From an uncultured Actinomycetota bacterium (GTDB lineage Bacteria; Actinomycetota; Actinomycetes; JAFAQI01), in NCBI GenBank assembly GCA_963770565.1, contig CAVYQE010000011.1:96001-160000 (forward strand): a DNA stretch of 64,000 nucleotides, in the 5' to 3' direction. The notes under the pieces are model-generated. The model made no database searches and was not told the DNA's origin. It saw only the letters and a list, made by a program, of their open reading frames with translations. The stretch's first letter is position 1. Each line of letters starts with the position of its first letter. The translations under genes and the position numbers were made by a program. Below, piece after piece: positions 37,561 to 46,485 of this stretch.

Positions 37561-39043
37561 GCACGAGCCGGTGATCTGCACCCCGTTGCGGGTGGAGCAG
37601 GCCGCGGTCCGCGCCGGTCGGCCCGGTGCGCGGGTCGTGCGGACCGGGATGGGCTCGCGCCGCACCCGCCGCCGGCAGTCGCGGTTCGCCGGCGAGGGTC
37701 CGCTCGGCGTGCTCGGCGTCGCCGGCGGGCTGGCGCCGCAGGTCCGACCGGGCGACGTCGTGGTTGCCTCGGAGGTGCGGTCCGGCCCGCAGGTCGTGCG
37801 CTGCCCGTCCGCACCGCTGCTCGCCGGCGCCCTGCGCCGGGCCGGGCTGACCGTGCACGTCGGCCCGATCGTCTCCGGCGGGTTGGTCGGCAAGCGCGGC
37901 CGGGCCGCGCTCGCCGCGACCGGTGCACTGGCGGTCGACATGGAGTCCGCGCAGATCACCGCGCTGGCCGCCGGGCGTGCGGTCGCCGTCGTACGGGCGA
38001 TCAGTGACACCGCCGATGCGCCGCTGCTCCGCCCGGGCACCGTGCCGCGGGGGATCGAGGCGTTGCGGGCCCTGCGTACGGCCGCCCCGATCGTGGCTCG
38101 GTGGGCCGCGGTCGTTGACGACCGCGACGTGTTGCTCGCCTCGCCGCGCTCGTTCTGCGCCGGCGTCGAGCGCGCGATCGACATCGTCAAGCGAGCGATC
38201 GAACGCTTCGGTGCTCCGGTCTACGTCCGCCGTCAGGTCGTGCACAACGCGCACGTGGTCGCCGAGCTCGAGCGGATGGGCGCGGTCTTCGTGCACGAGC
38301 TCGACGAGGTGCCGGTCGGTGCGCGGGCGGTGCTGGCCGCTCATGGCGTTGCGCCCGAGGTTCGCGTGCAGGCGGCCGACCGCGAGCTCGCCGTCGTCGA
38401 TGCGACCTGCCCGTTGGTCGCGAAGGTGCACCAGGAAGTACGCCGTTACGCCGCGCGCGACCAGACGGTTCTGCTGATCGGCCACGCCGATCACGAGGAG
38501 GTCGTCGGTACCCTCGGCGAGGCGCCGGACCGGGTTCGGGTCGTCGCCGACGAGGCCGAGGCACGAGCGGTGCAGGTCGCCGACCCGGACCGGGTCGCCT
38601 ACGTGATGCAGACCACGCTTGCCGTCGACGAGAGCGACCACATCGCGTCCGTGCTGCGGTCCCGGTTCCCGGCGCTGCAGGCGCCGCGCCAGGACGACAT
38701 CTGCTACGCCACGAGCAACCGGCAACAGGCGTTGCGCGACATCGCGAGCGACTGCGACCTCGTCCTGGTGGTCGGATCGGTCAATTCGTCGAACTCGCAG
38801 CGCTTGGTCGAGGTCGCTCGTCGCGCCGGCGCCGCGGCGTACCTCGTCGATGACGCGGGCGACGTCGACCTGGAGTGGCTGGCGGGCGCCAAGCAGATCG
38901 GAATCACCGCGGGTGCGTCGGCACCGCCGCGGCTGGTCGACGATCTGGTCGATGCGCTCGGCGGGATGGGCAAGGTGAGCGTCACCGAACGACGCAGTGT
39001 CGAAGAAGACGTACGTTTCGCACTACCTAAGGAAGTGAGCTGA
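37553..39043 (+). CDS. ispH: Fusion: HpnG-like nucleosidase/phosphorylase (N) plus 4-hydroxy-3-methylbut-2-enyl diphosphate reductase (C)
   Basis: N: TGMG, GVAGGL, AVDMES, RAISD; C: SFCAGV, VHN, AHG, DATCP, HEEV, QTT, ICYAT, SSNS. Confidence 0.88.
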   Translation: MAEHEPVICTPLRVEQAAVRAGRPGARVVRTGMGSRRTRRRQSRFAGEGPLGVLGVAGGLAPQVRPGDVVVASEVRSGPQVVRCPSAPLLAGALRRAGLTVHVGPIVSGGLVGKRGRAALAATGALAVDMESAQITALAAGRAVAVVRAISDTADAPLLRPGTVPRGIEALRALRTAAPIVARWAAVVDDRDVLLASPRSFCAGVERAIDIVKRAIERFGAPVYVRRQVVHNAHVVAELERMGAVFVHELDEVPVGARAVLAAHGVAPEVRVQAADRELAVVDATCPLVAKVHQEVRRYAARDQTVLLIGHADHEEVVGTLGEAPDRVRVVADEAEARAVQVADPDRVAYVMQTTLAVDESDHIASVLRSRFPALQAPRQDDICYATSNRQQALRDIASDCDLVLVVGSVNSSNSQRLVEVARRAGAAAYLVDDAGDVDLEWLAGAKQIGITAGASAPPRLVDDLVDALGGMGKVSVTERRSVEEDVRFALPKEVS

Positions 39044-39045
39044 CG

Positions 39046-40050
39046 ATGGCAATGCCCATGCGTCAGAGCCTGCGGCTCGGCAAGTACCTCGCCAAGCAGA
39101 AGCTGGCTCATCGGGAGCGATTCCCGCTGGTGATGGAGCTCGAGCCATTGTTCGCGTGCAACCTCAAGTGCGCCGGCTGCGGCAAGATCCAGAAGCCGCA
39201 CACCGTGTTGAAGCAGCGGATGTCCGTCGAGCAGGCGGTCGGCGCGGTCGAGGAGTGCGGCGCGCCGATCGTGTCGATCGCCGGTGGTGAGCCGCTGATG
39301 CACCCGCAGATCGACGAGATCGTTCGCGCGCTGCTCGACCGCGGCAAGATCGTGCTGCTGTGCACCAACGCGGTGCTGATGCCCAAGCATCTGCATCGGT
39401 TCACCCCGCACCGGGACTTCTCGTGGATGGTGCACATCGACGGCCTGCGCGAGCGGCACGACGAGTCGGTGTGCAAGGACGGCGTGTTTGACCAGGCGGT
39501 CGAGGCGATCAAGCTGGCGCAGGCGGCCGGGTTCACGGTGATGACGAACACCACCTTCTTCACCACCGATACGCCGAGCGACGTGATCGACGTGCTCGAC
39601 TACCTGAACGACGAGCTCAAGGTCGACAACATGCAGATCTCTCCGGGATATGCATATTCCGCGGCGCCGGACCAGGAGCACTTCCTCGGGGTCGAGCAGA
39701 CCCGGGCGTTGTTCAGCGCGGCCTTCGCCGACGGCCGGCGCAAGAAATGGCGGCTGAACCACTCGCCGCTGTTCCTCGACTTCATCGAGGGCAAGCGTGA
39801 CTTCGAGTGCACGCCGTGGGGGATCCCGTCGTACTCGTTGCTGGGCTGGCAGAAGCCCTGCTACCTGCTCGACGACGGCTACGCCAGCAGCTGGCAGGAG
39901 TATCTCGACACCACGGACTTCAAGGCCTACGGCCGCGGGAACGACGATCGCTGTGCAAACTGCATGGCGCACTGCGGCTATGAGCCGTCCGCAGTGCTCG
40001 CCACGATGGGGTCGCTGAAGGAGTCGTTGCGCGCGGCGGTCGGCTCCTAG
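39046..40050 (+). CDS. hpnH: Adenosylhopane synthase (radical SAM) HpnH
   Basis: LEPLFACNLKCAGCGKI, AGGEP, CTPWG, CANCMAHCGYE. Confidence 0.95.
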   Translation: MAMPMRQSLRLGKYLAKQKLAHRERFPLVMELEPLFACNLKCAGCGKIQKPHTVLKQRMSVEQAVGAVEECGAPIVSIAGGEPLMHPQIDEIVRALLDRGKIVLLCTNAVLMPKHLHRFTPHRDFSWMVHIDGLRERHDESVCKDGVFDQAVEAIKLAQAAGFTVMTNTTFFTTDTPSDVIDVLDYLNDELKVDNMQISPGYAYSAAPDQEHFLGVEQTRALFSAAFADGRRKKWRLNHSPLFLDFIEGKRDFECTPWGIPSYSLLGWQKPCYLLDDGYASSWQEYLDTTDFKAYGRGNDDRCANCMAHCGYEPSAVLATMGSLKESLRAAVGS

Positions 40051-40085
40051 CTCCACCGGCCCCGGATCCGGGCGAGGCAGCGGAC

Positions 40086-40376
40086 TTAGGCGCCGTCGAT
40101 GCTTAGCCGTAGCCCGACGGTGTCGCCGAGCTCCAGGTCCTCCGCCTTGCGGACCCACGCCTTGACCGGCACCAGGTAGCGGCCGTCCTTCGGGAAGAGC
40201 GAGGTCTGCCACCTCGTCGCACCGACCGAGGCGGTAACGGGGATGCATCCCCAGCCGTACGTCACCATCTTGGCGACCGTCTCGATCTCCGCGGACTCTT
40301 CGTCGGGAACAACGACGAAGTGCCACGGCGCCGGCCCTCGCCAGAACACCAGTTCTCCGCCGAACTCGAGGTTCAC
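40086..40376 (-). CDS. DUF1905-domain protein
   Basis: WRGPAPWHFV, GWGCIPV, TSLFPK, PVKAWVRK. Confidence 0.8.
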   Translation of the reverse strand: MNLEFGGELVFWRGPAPWHFVVVPDEESAEIETVAKMVTYGWGCIPVTASVGATRWQTSLFPKDGRYLVPVKAWVRKAEDLELGDTVGLRLSIDGA

Positions 40377-40493
40377 CGGCTCACCCTAGAACCGCCGATG
40401 AGCAGCCCGAAAGCGCCGTTCCCGATCGATTTGTGAGTTGTCAGCAGTACTGGGCCACCACCAGATCCGGCTCCCAAACCGAACGGTGCTGCG

Positions 40494-40862
40494 TCAGTCC
40501 CAGCAGAGGCAGAACGGGTGGCCGGCCGGATCGAGGTACACCCGGAATTGGTCGCCATCCGCTTCGCCTGGCTGGATCAGGTGTTTCGTTGCGCCGAGCG
40601 CCAGCAGCTCAGGCTCGACCGCGTCGACATCATCGACGGTCAGGTCGAGGTGGAACTGTTGCGGCCGCTCGCCGGTCGGCCACGTCGGCGCTGCGAACTC
40701 CTCCGCCAGTTGGAATGCCACGCGAAGCCTGTCCACGGTGAGAACCACCCAGTCGTCCTCGGCGAACGTGATGTCCCCGCCGACGACGTCTTGGTAGAAC
40801 TCGGCAAGTGTCCGAGGATCGGGGCAGTCGAGGACCACGGAGCGCATCCGGGCAAGTGGCAT
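40494..40862 (-). CDS. VOC/glyoxalase-family protein
   Basis: VLDCPDP..LAEFY, QQFHLDL, YLDPAGHPFC. Confidence 0.9.
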   Translation of the reverse strand: MPLARMRSVVLDCPDPRTLAEFYQDVVGGDITFAEDDWVVLTVDRLRVAFQLAEEFAAPTWPTGERPQQFHLDLTVDDVDAVEPELLALGATKHLIQPGEADGDQFRVYLDPAGHPFCLCWD

Positions 40863-41250
40863 GGTCCGCAGCCTTCCACGAGCGGCACGGTCGGCACCAC
40901 CGCCTTACTAACGGTTCGTGAAGCGGTAGCCACCGCCCCCGGTACCTAGCGCTGCACGAACCGATCAGTGCTGGCGAGATGCGGCAGGCGGTGATCCAGA
41001 CCGTGACGGTCACGCACCCGTTGCGGGTCCCTCGCGCACAGCGGTATCGACGTGGCGAGCTGTCTGCCGAGGGCGGCTATCACGACGCCTTTGATTACGG
41101 TGCGCTCCACCGGGTTCTGCTTGATCCGCTGGGTCCGGGCGGAGATCGAGGTTCCAGCCCCAGCGGCCCGCTGTGGGAAGTCCGGCCACACTGAGCCAGG
41201 CAACTCTTCCAGTTGCGGGACGCGCTGTGCCGGTTGTGATGTGACGCGGC

Positions 41251-42624
41251 CTAGCGGCCGAGCGCCTGCTTGGCCAGGGTCCGGCCGAAGTCGACGGCGA
41301 GGCCGTTCGGGCGCATCGCGTCGGCCATCACCGCGTCGAAAGCGGTGAGGAAGGTCTCGACCTCCTCGTCGCCGATCATCAACGGTGGCAACAGCTTGAT
41401 GACCGCCATGTGGTCGCCCGCGACCTGGGTCAGGATCCGGTGCCGGTTGTACAGCGGTACGACGACGAGCTGCGCGAACAGGCCCTTGCGTGCGGTGTTG
41501 AGCATCGTCCAGACTCCGCGCGCCGCCAGCGACGACGGCCGGCCGAACTCGATGCCGACCATCAGCCCCCGGCCGCGGATGTCGCGGATCAGGTCACTGC
41601 GAGCGGCGATCGTGCGCAGGCCGTCGGTCAGCTCCTGCCCGCGGCGCTCGGCGTTCGCCATCAGGTCCTCGTCGTCAAGCACGGCGAGGGTGGCGAGCCC
41701 GGCGGTCATCGCGAGCGCGTTGCCGGCGAACGTCGACGCATGCACGAAGACCCGGTCGAGCGAGGAGTAGACCTTCTCGAAGATTCCCTTGCGGGCGAGC
41801 GTCGCGCCGATCGGCACGTAGCCACCCGACAACGCCTTCGCGACCGTGATGATGTCGGGGGACACGTCGTCGAAGTGGTGCGCGAAGAACTTCCCGGTCC
41901 GGCCGATCCCGGTCTGCACCTCGTCGGCGATGAGCAGCGCGCCGTTGGCGTGCAGCATTCGCTGCGCCTCGGCGAGGTAGCCGGGCGGCGCCACGTTGAC
42001 GCCCTTGCCCTGGATCGGCTCGACCAGCAGCGCCGCGATGTCGCCCGCGCGCAGCTCGCGCTCGATCGCGTCGAGGTCGCCGAACTCGATCCGGGTGTCC
42101 GGCAGCAGCGGTGCGAAGCCCTGCCGGAACTCGTCCGCGCCGTTCACCGACAGCGCGCCGGCGGTCAGCCCGTGATAGGCGTGGTCGCAGTAGAGGATCC
42201 GCGGCTTGCCAGTGGCGCAGCGGGCGAACTTCAGCGCCGCCTCCACCGCTTCGCTGCCGCTGTTGCAGAAGTAGACCCGGTCCATTCCCGGTGCGCGCGC
42301 CAGCAGCTGCTCGGCGAGCAGGCCCGGCAGCAACGGGAGGTCGAACTGCACCATGTCCGCGAGGTCGGCATCGAGGACGTCCTGCAGCGCACGTCGCACG
42401 ACCGGGTGGTTGCGGCCGAGCGCGAAGACGCCGAAGCCGGACAGGAAGTCGAGATAGCGGTTGCCGTCGGCGTCGTCGTACCAGGCGCCGTTCGCGGTGG
42501 TGAGGACGCGGTCGAAGCCGATCGCGCCGAGCATTCGCGGCACCTGGGCGTTGACGTGCGCGGTGTGCAGGGCGGCGTTCTCGCCGCGCCGCGCCTCGAT
42601 CAGTGCCCGGATGTCGAAGCCCAC
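41251..42624 (-). CDS. hpnO: Class III aminotransferase, hopanoid-associated HpnO type
   Basis: DFLSGFGVFALGRNHP, EPIQGKG, DEVQTG, AKALSGG, HASTF; next to the hopanoid cluster. Confidence 0.82.
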   Translation of the reverse strand: MGFDIRALIEARRGENAALHTAHVNAQVPRMLGAIGFDRVLTTANGAWYDDADGNRYLDFLSGFGVFALGRNHPVVRRALQDVLDADLADMVQFDLPLLPGLLAEQLLARAPGMDRVYFCNSGSEAVEAALKFARCATGKPRILYCDHAYHGLTAGALSVNGADEFRQGFAPLLPDTRIEFGDLDAIERELRAGDIAALLVEPIQGKGVNVAPPGYLAEAQRMLHANGALLIADEVQTGIGRTGKFFAHHFDDVSPDIITVAKALSGGYVPIGATLARKGIFEKVYSSLDRVFVHASTFAGNALAMTAGLATLAVLDDEDLMANAERRGQELTDGLRTIAARSDLIRDIRGRGLMVGIEFGRPSSLAARGVWTMLNTARKGLFAQLVVVPLYNRHRILTQVAGDHMAVIKLLPPLMIGDEEVETFLTAFDAVMADAMRPNGLAVDFGRTLAKQALGR

Positions 42625-42678
42625 CCGCTCAATTTAGAGCAGTACGCCCGCGCTGGCCGCCGAGCCGGGGTGGTGCGG

Positions 42679-43431
42679 TCAACCGAGCCGGCGCGACAGG
42701 GGCCGGTAGAGCCAGGGCAGGTGCCGCCGAGCCTGGGTGGCGATGTCGAGCCAGGCCGGCACGGTACGACGAGCCGCGCCGCTCTCCAGCACCCCCACGA
42801 TCGCGGCGGCGATCCGCTCGGGCGGGATCGGGCGTGGCCACCGACGGTCGTAGGGGCGGCTTCGCTGCTCGTGGAACCGGGTGCGAACGACACCCGGCCG
42901 AACGGTGGACACGACCACCCCGGTGCCGCGAATCTCCTCGCGCAGAGAGTCGGCGAAGGACTCCAGTGCCGTCTTCGACAGTGAGTAAATGGCCTCGGTC
43001 GGGACCGGAAGGGTGCCGGCGATCGATGTCGTGAACACCAATGCGCCGCTGCGCTGATGGAGCAGCAGCGGCAGCGCCGCCCGGGCGAGCAGCATTGGTG
43101 CGCGCAGGTTTACCGCGATGAGATCGTCGATCGCCTCGACCGGCATCGTGGCGAAGTCGCCGACGTATCCGATGCCGGCATTGGCGATCACCGCGTCGAT
43201 CCGCCCGAAGGCCTCGAGGGTGGCCTCGATGACCTGATTTGGGTGGGACGAATCGGTCACATCGGCCACTACGGCGATTCCGTCGGTCTGATTCGCGACC
43301 TCCCGGACGGCCTCGGCGTCACGGTCGACCGCGGCGACCCGGGCCCCGCGCGCGGCCAGTGCGACGGCGGTCGCGCGCCCGATTCCATGGCCGGCGCCGG
43401 TCACGACGACCGCCGCGCGGCCTACATCCAT
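42679..43431 (-). CDS. Short-chain dehydrogenase/reductase
   Basis: TGAGHGIG, NAG, YSLSK. Confidence 0.88.
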   Translation of the reverse strand: MDVGRAAVVVTGAGHGIGRATAVALAARGARVAAVDRDAEAVREVANQTDGIAVVADVTDSSHPNQVIEATLEAFGRIDAVIANAGIGYVGDFATMPVEAIDDLIAVNLRAPMLLARAALPLLLHQRSGALVFTTSIAGTLPVPTEAIYSLSKTALESFADSLREEIRGTGVVVSTVRPGVVRTRFHEQRSRPYDRRWPRPIPPERIAAAIVGVLESGAARRTVPAWLDIATQARRHLPWLYRPLSRRLG

Positions 43432-43461
43432 CGGCCTATCGAAGCATGGTCCGAAGCCACT

Positions 43462-43482
43462 TTTCGTTACCGTTTCGTTACC
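43462..43482. promoter_or_regulatory. Direct repeat TTTCGTTACC x2 (GTTAC-N6-GTTAC), OmpR/PhoB-type binding site
   Basis: Perfect 10-bp repeat at 11-bp period in the divergent gap upstream of the tasA-like gene. Confidence 0.55.
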
Positions 43483-43610
43483 TATTCGGCCGTCCAGGTG
43501 ACCCAAGGGGCCACCGAAGGACCTTTTCAGGGTCGTTTCGCGTCCAGCGAGATTTCCCGCCTTGTTGCATCCAGGCGCCGTCGGGCGCACGAAAAGGGAG
43601 AAGGATTTCG

Positions 43611-44297
43611 ATGTCGCAGCCCACCACACGGCGTCGCCGGCGCTCAGTTGTGCTCGCCGGTCTGCTGGGAACCGCCGTGTTCTCGGTGACCGCGGGCCTG
43701 TCGCTCGGCGGTTTCAGTGCCGGTATCACCAACCCCACCAACAGCTACTCCAGCGGCACCGTGGTGCTGAAGGAAGCTGCCGGGGCTACCAGCTGCTACT
43801 CGACCGGGGCCGGCACCACCGTCACCGCGTCGAACACCGCAAACTGCACGACCATCGACGACTTCGGCGGTGCGGTCAACCAGGGTCCTGGCTCGGCCGC
43901 GACCACCCAGGTCCTGAACCTGACCAACGTCGGCACGATCAACGGCGCGACCTTCGCGGTCAACCCGTCGGCGTGCGCAGCATCAGCGGCGAGCAACACC
44001 ACGCCGTACGCGGGCGGTGACACTGCCGGCTTCTGCGGCAAGGTCGACGTCACGATCCAGAACGACACGACCGGTACGCCGTCCTGCGTGTACCCGGCCG
44101 GTGCCGGTGCATGCCCGGCGCTGTCGTCCACGAACACCCTGGCCACTCTCGGTGCGTCGCCGTCGCTCTCGCTCGGTGCACTCGCCGCGGGCGCCACGGA
44201 CAAGTTCACCGTCAAGACCCAGATCGACAGCGGTGCGACCAACTCCGACCAGGGGTTGACCGCTTCGCTGCCCATGACCTGGGCGCTCAACCAGTAA
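43611..44297 (+). CDS. TasA/camelysin-like SipW-dependent secreted fibre subunit
   Basis: Basic N-terminus, hydrophobic stretch, SLGG|FS..I.N..N..SSGTV SipW-class signal; LTNVGTI; QG.TA...MTW..NQ C-terminus; sipW downstream. Confidence 0.75.
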   Translation: MSQPTTRRRRRSVVLAGLLGTAVFSVTAGLSLGGFSAGITNPTNSYSSGTVVLKEAAGATSCYSTGAGTTVTASNTANCTTIDDFGGAVNQGPGSAATTQVLNLTNVGTINGATFAVNPSACAASAASNTTPYAGGDTAGFCGKVDVTIQNDTTGTPSCVYPAGAGACPALSSTNTLATLGASPSLSLGALAAGATDKFTVKTQIDSGATNSDQGLTASLPMTWALNQ

Positions 44298-44315
44298 GCG
44301 CGCATCCACGAGCCT

Positions 44316-44353
44316 GACTCCCGGGACTTCCCTGCAGGGAGGTCCCGGGAGTC
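44316..44353 (+). terminator. 17-bp stem-loop after the major subunit gene (partial terminator or mRNA stabiliser)
   Basis: GACTCCCGGGACTTCCC-TGCA-GGGAGGTCCCGGGAGTC; no U-tract. Confidence 0.7.
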
Positions 44354-44421
44354 GGCCACTCGTAGTCACCACCGCAGCACCCGGACGATCTGCCCAGTCG
44401 CCCAACCTGAATCGAGGATTC

Positions 44422-46485
44422 GTGACATCGCGTAGGCAGTCACGTGAGCGTCGCCGGCGAGCCAGCCTCGCCGGCCTCGTCGCGACCGCCGGAGTGGTGG
44501 CAGCACTGGTCGCGCAAGGGACGACGGCCGGCTTCACCAGCGGGATGAGCAGCAAGGGCACGTTCTCCTCCGGTACCGCGATCCTTGCCGACACCGTCGG
44601 CGCCACCACCTGCACCTCGTCGTCGGCGACGGTCTCGTCCGGCAACTCGACCAACTGCACGACCAACCCGCTGCCGAGCGGAACCTTGCCGGCCGGTACG
44701 ACGTCGCTGACGTCAACGCTCAGCGCCCCCGGCACCTTGATGAGCTCGGTCAAGGCCAACGGCCTGACCTGTGGAGTGCAGCAGGTCCGCGACGCCTCGT
44801 CGGGCGGGGCCGACACCGGCATCGTCCGCAACACGGTCACCAACGCAAGTGCTGGCCCGCTGGGCGGCACCGCGCTGGCCTTCACGCAGTCGACCTCGGC
44901 CTACGTGTCGACGGTCAAGTCCTACGCCAACCCGCAGACCTTCAGCATCGTCGCGTGGTTCAAGTACGCCGCAGGTGGGACCGGGACGATCATCGGCTTC
45001 ACCGACAACTCGATCAGTTCGGGCCAGTCGGTCTCGGACCGCCTGCTCTGGGTGAGCGGCGGGAAGCTCTACTGGGGCGTCAAGCCGGCTGGCACGATGA
45101 ACGAAGTCAGTGCCACCGTGTCGGCCGGGGCCTGGCACCTCGCGGTCGCCGAGATCGGGTCCAGCGGCCAGCGGCTCTACATCGACGGTGCGCTCGCGGC
45201 GTCGACCGCGGGGGTCACCGCGGCCGGTGCCTACACCGGCTACTGGCACCTCGGCTGGGGCAGCGAGACCGGATGGGCCAACGCACCGGCGAACGCGTTC
45301 TGGCCGGGCTCGCTGGCCGACGTCGCCGTCGTCTCGGCACAGCTCAGCGCCGCCCAGATCACCACGTTGTGGGGGCTGGCCACCAACACCGCCGAGCAGA
45401 CCCAGATCAACTCGCTCGCGCCGACCGCGTTCTGGCCGCTCGACGACCCGAGCACCTCGCTCTACAGCGGGAGCGTGCCGGGCACCGGCTTGCCGCCCTT
45501 CGCCGACGCGAGCGGCAATGGCAACACCGGGCAGGGCAACGGGACGATCACCACCGGCGTCACCGGTCCGCTGGGCGGCACGGCAGCGTCGTTCGACGGC
45601 AGTACGGCGTGGATGTCGACGACGACCCAGTACAGCGACCCGCACCCGCTGACGATCACTGCGTGGTTCAAGACCTCGATCGCGTCCGGAACGATCATCG
45701 AGTTCGCTGACATCCAGAACGGCCTGAGCGGCTTCACCACGTGGGACCGCCACATCTGGGTCGACCCGGCCGGGCACCTGGTCTGGGGCGTCTGGCCGAA
45801 CCAGGAGGAGCAGGTCACCTCGCCCGGCTCCTACGCCGACGGCAACTGGCACCAGGTCGCGGCCTCGGTCGGACCGGCCGGTCTCCTGCTGTACGTCGAC
45901 GGCTCGCTGGTCGCGTCGAACGCGGCGGTGACCGTGCCGCAGGTGTTCAACGGCTACTGGCGCCTCGGCGACGGCAATGAGAACAACGTCTGGACGGACG
46001 CGCCGCCCAATGTGCTCTGGCAGGGCAGCCTCGCCCAGGTCGCGGTCTACCCCGCGCAGCTCACTGCCGCGCAGATCTCCGCGCTCACCACGCCGTCCAC
46101 GGCGACGACCTACGAGAACGCGGTCCTGGCGCTGAACCCGACCTCATTCTGGGAGCTCAGCGACACCACCCCCTCGGTTTCGCCGTGCGGGCAGGTCGAC
46201 CTGACCATCCAGACGACGACCGGCGCGACCGTTGCCTGTGCCCTGCCGGCCGGCGCCGGGGCGTGCCCGGCACCTAGCTCGGCCGCGACGCTGGCATCCT
46301 GGGGCGCTGCACCGCTGACCGGCCTGACCGCAGGCGGCAGCCAGACCTTGAAGATGACCCTGGCACCGGGTACGTCGACGGTGGCGCTGAGCGGCGTCCA
46401 TATCAGCGGCACGATGTCGTTCTCTGCCACCGGCGCGGGCTTCACTGCGGTGCTCAACCACAACTACGGTCCGGTGACGCTGTGA
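44422..46485 (+). CDS. SipW-dependent TasA-like protein with two inserted LamG/ConA-like domains
   Basis: TTAG|FT...FSSGT signal; two copies of the AWFK...WH.....LY.DG...GYW..G...G.LA.VAV...L.AAQI module; C-terminus similar to the upstream subunit. Confidence 0.75.
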   Translation: MTSRRQSRERRRRASLAGLVATAGVVAALVAQGTTAGFTSGMSSKGTFSSGTAILADTVGATTCTSSSATVSSGNSTNCTTNPLPSGTLPAGTTSLTSTLSAPGTLMSSVKANGLTCGVQQVRDASSGGADTGIVRNTVTNASAGPLGGTALAFTQSTSAYVSTVKSYANPQTFSIVAWFKYAAGGTGTIIGFTDNSISSGQSVSDRLLWVSGGKLYWGVKPAGTMNEVSATVSAGAWHLAVAEIGSSGQRLYIDGALAASTAGVTAAGAYTGYWHLGWGSETGWANAPANAFWPGSLADVAVVSAQLSAAQITTLWGLATNTAEQTQINSLAPTAFWPLDDPSTSLYSGSVPGTGLPPFADASGNGNTGQGNGTITTGVTGPLGGTAASFDGSTAWMSTTTQYSDPHPLTITAWFKTSIASGTIIEFADIQNGLSGFTTWDRHIWVDPAGHLVWGVWPNQEEQVTSPGSYADGNWHQVAASVGPAGLLLYVDGSLVASNAAVTVPQVFNGYWRLGDGNENNVWTDAPPNVLWQGSLAQVAVYPAQLTAAQISALTTPSTATTYENAVLALNPTSFWELSDTTPSVSPCGQVDLTIQTTTGATVACALPAGAGACPAPSSAATLASWGAAPLTGLTAGGSQTLKMTLAPGTSTVALSGVHISGTMSFSATGAGFTAVLNHNYGPVTL

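Noticed and set aside
30134-41037. 19-bp inverted match GCGCGAGGGACCCGCAACG between 30134-30152 and 41019-41037
   Set aside because: Only two copies exist, and one match of this length is plausible by chance in 64 kb of GC-rich DNA.
40870-41250. Small ORFs (40946-41203 -, 40979-41194 +) in the VOC-hpnO gap
   Set aside because: They have no clear RBS, motif or consistent codon bias, so the region is left unexplained.
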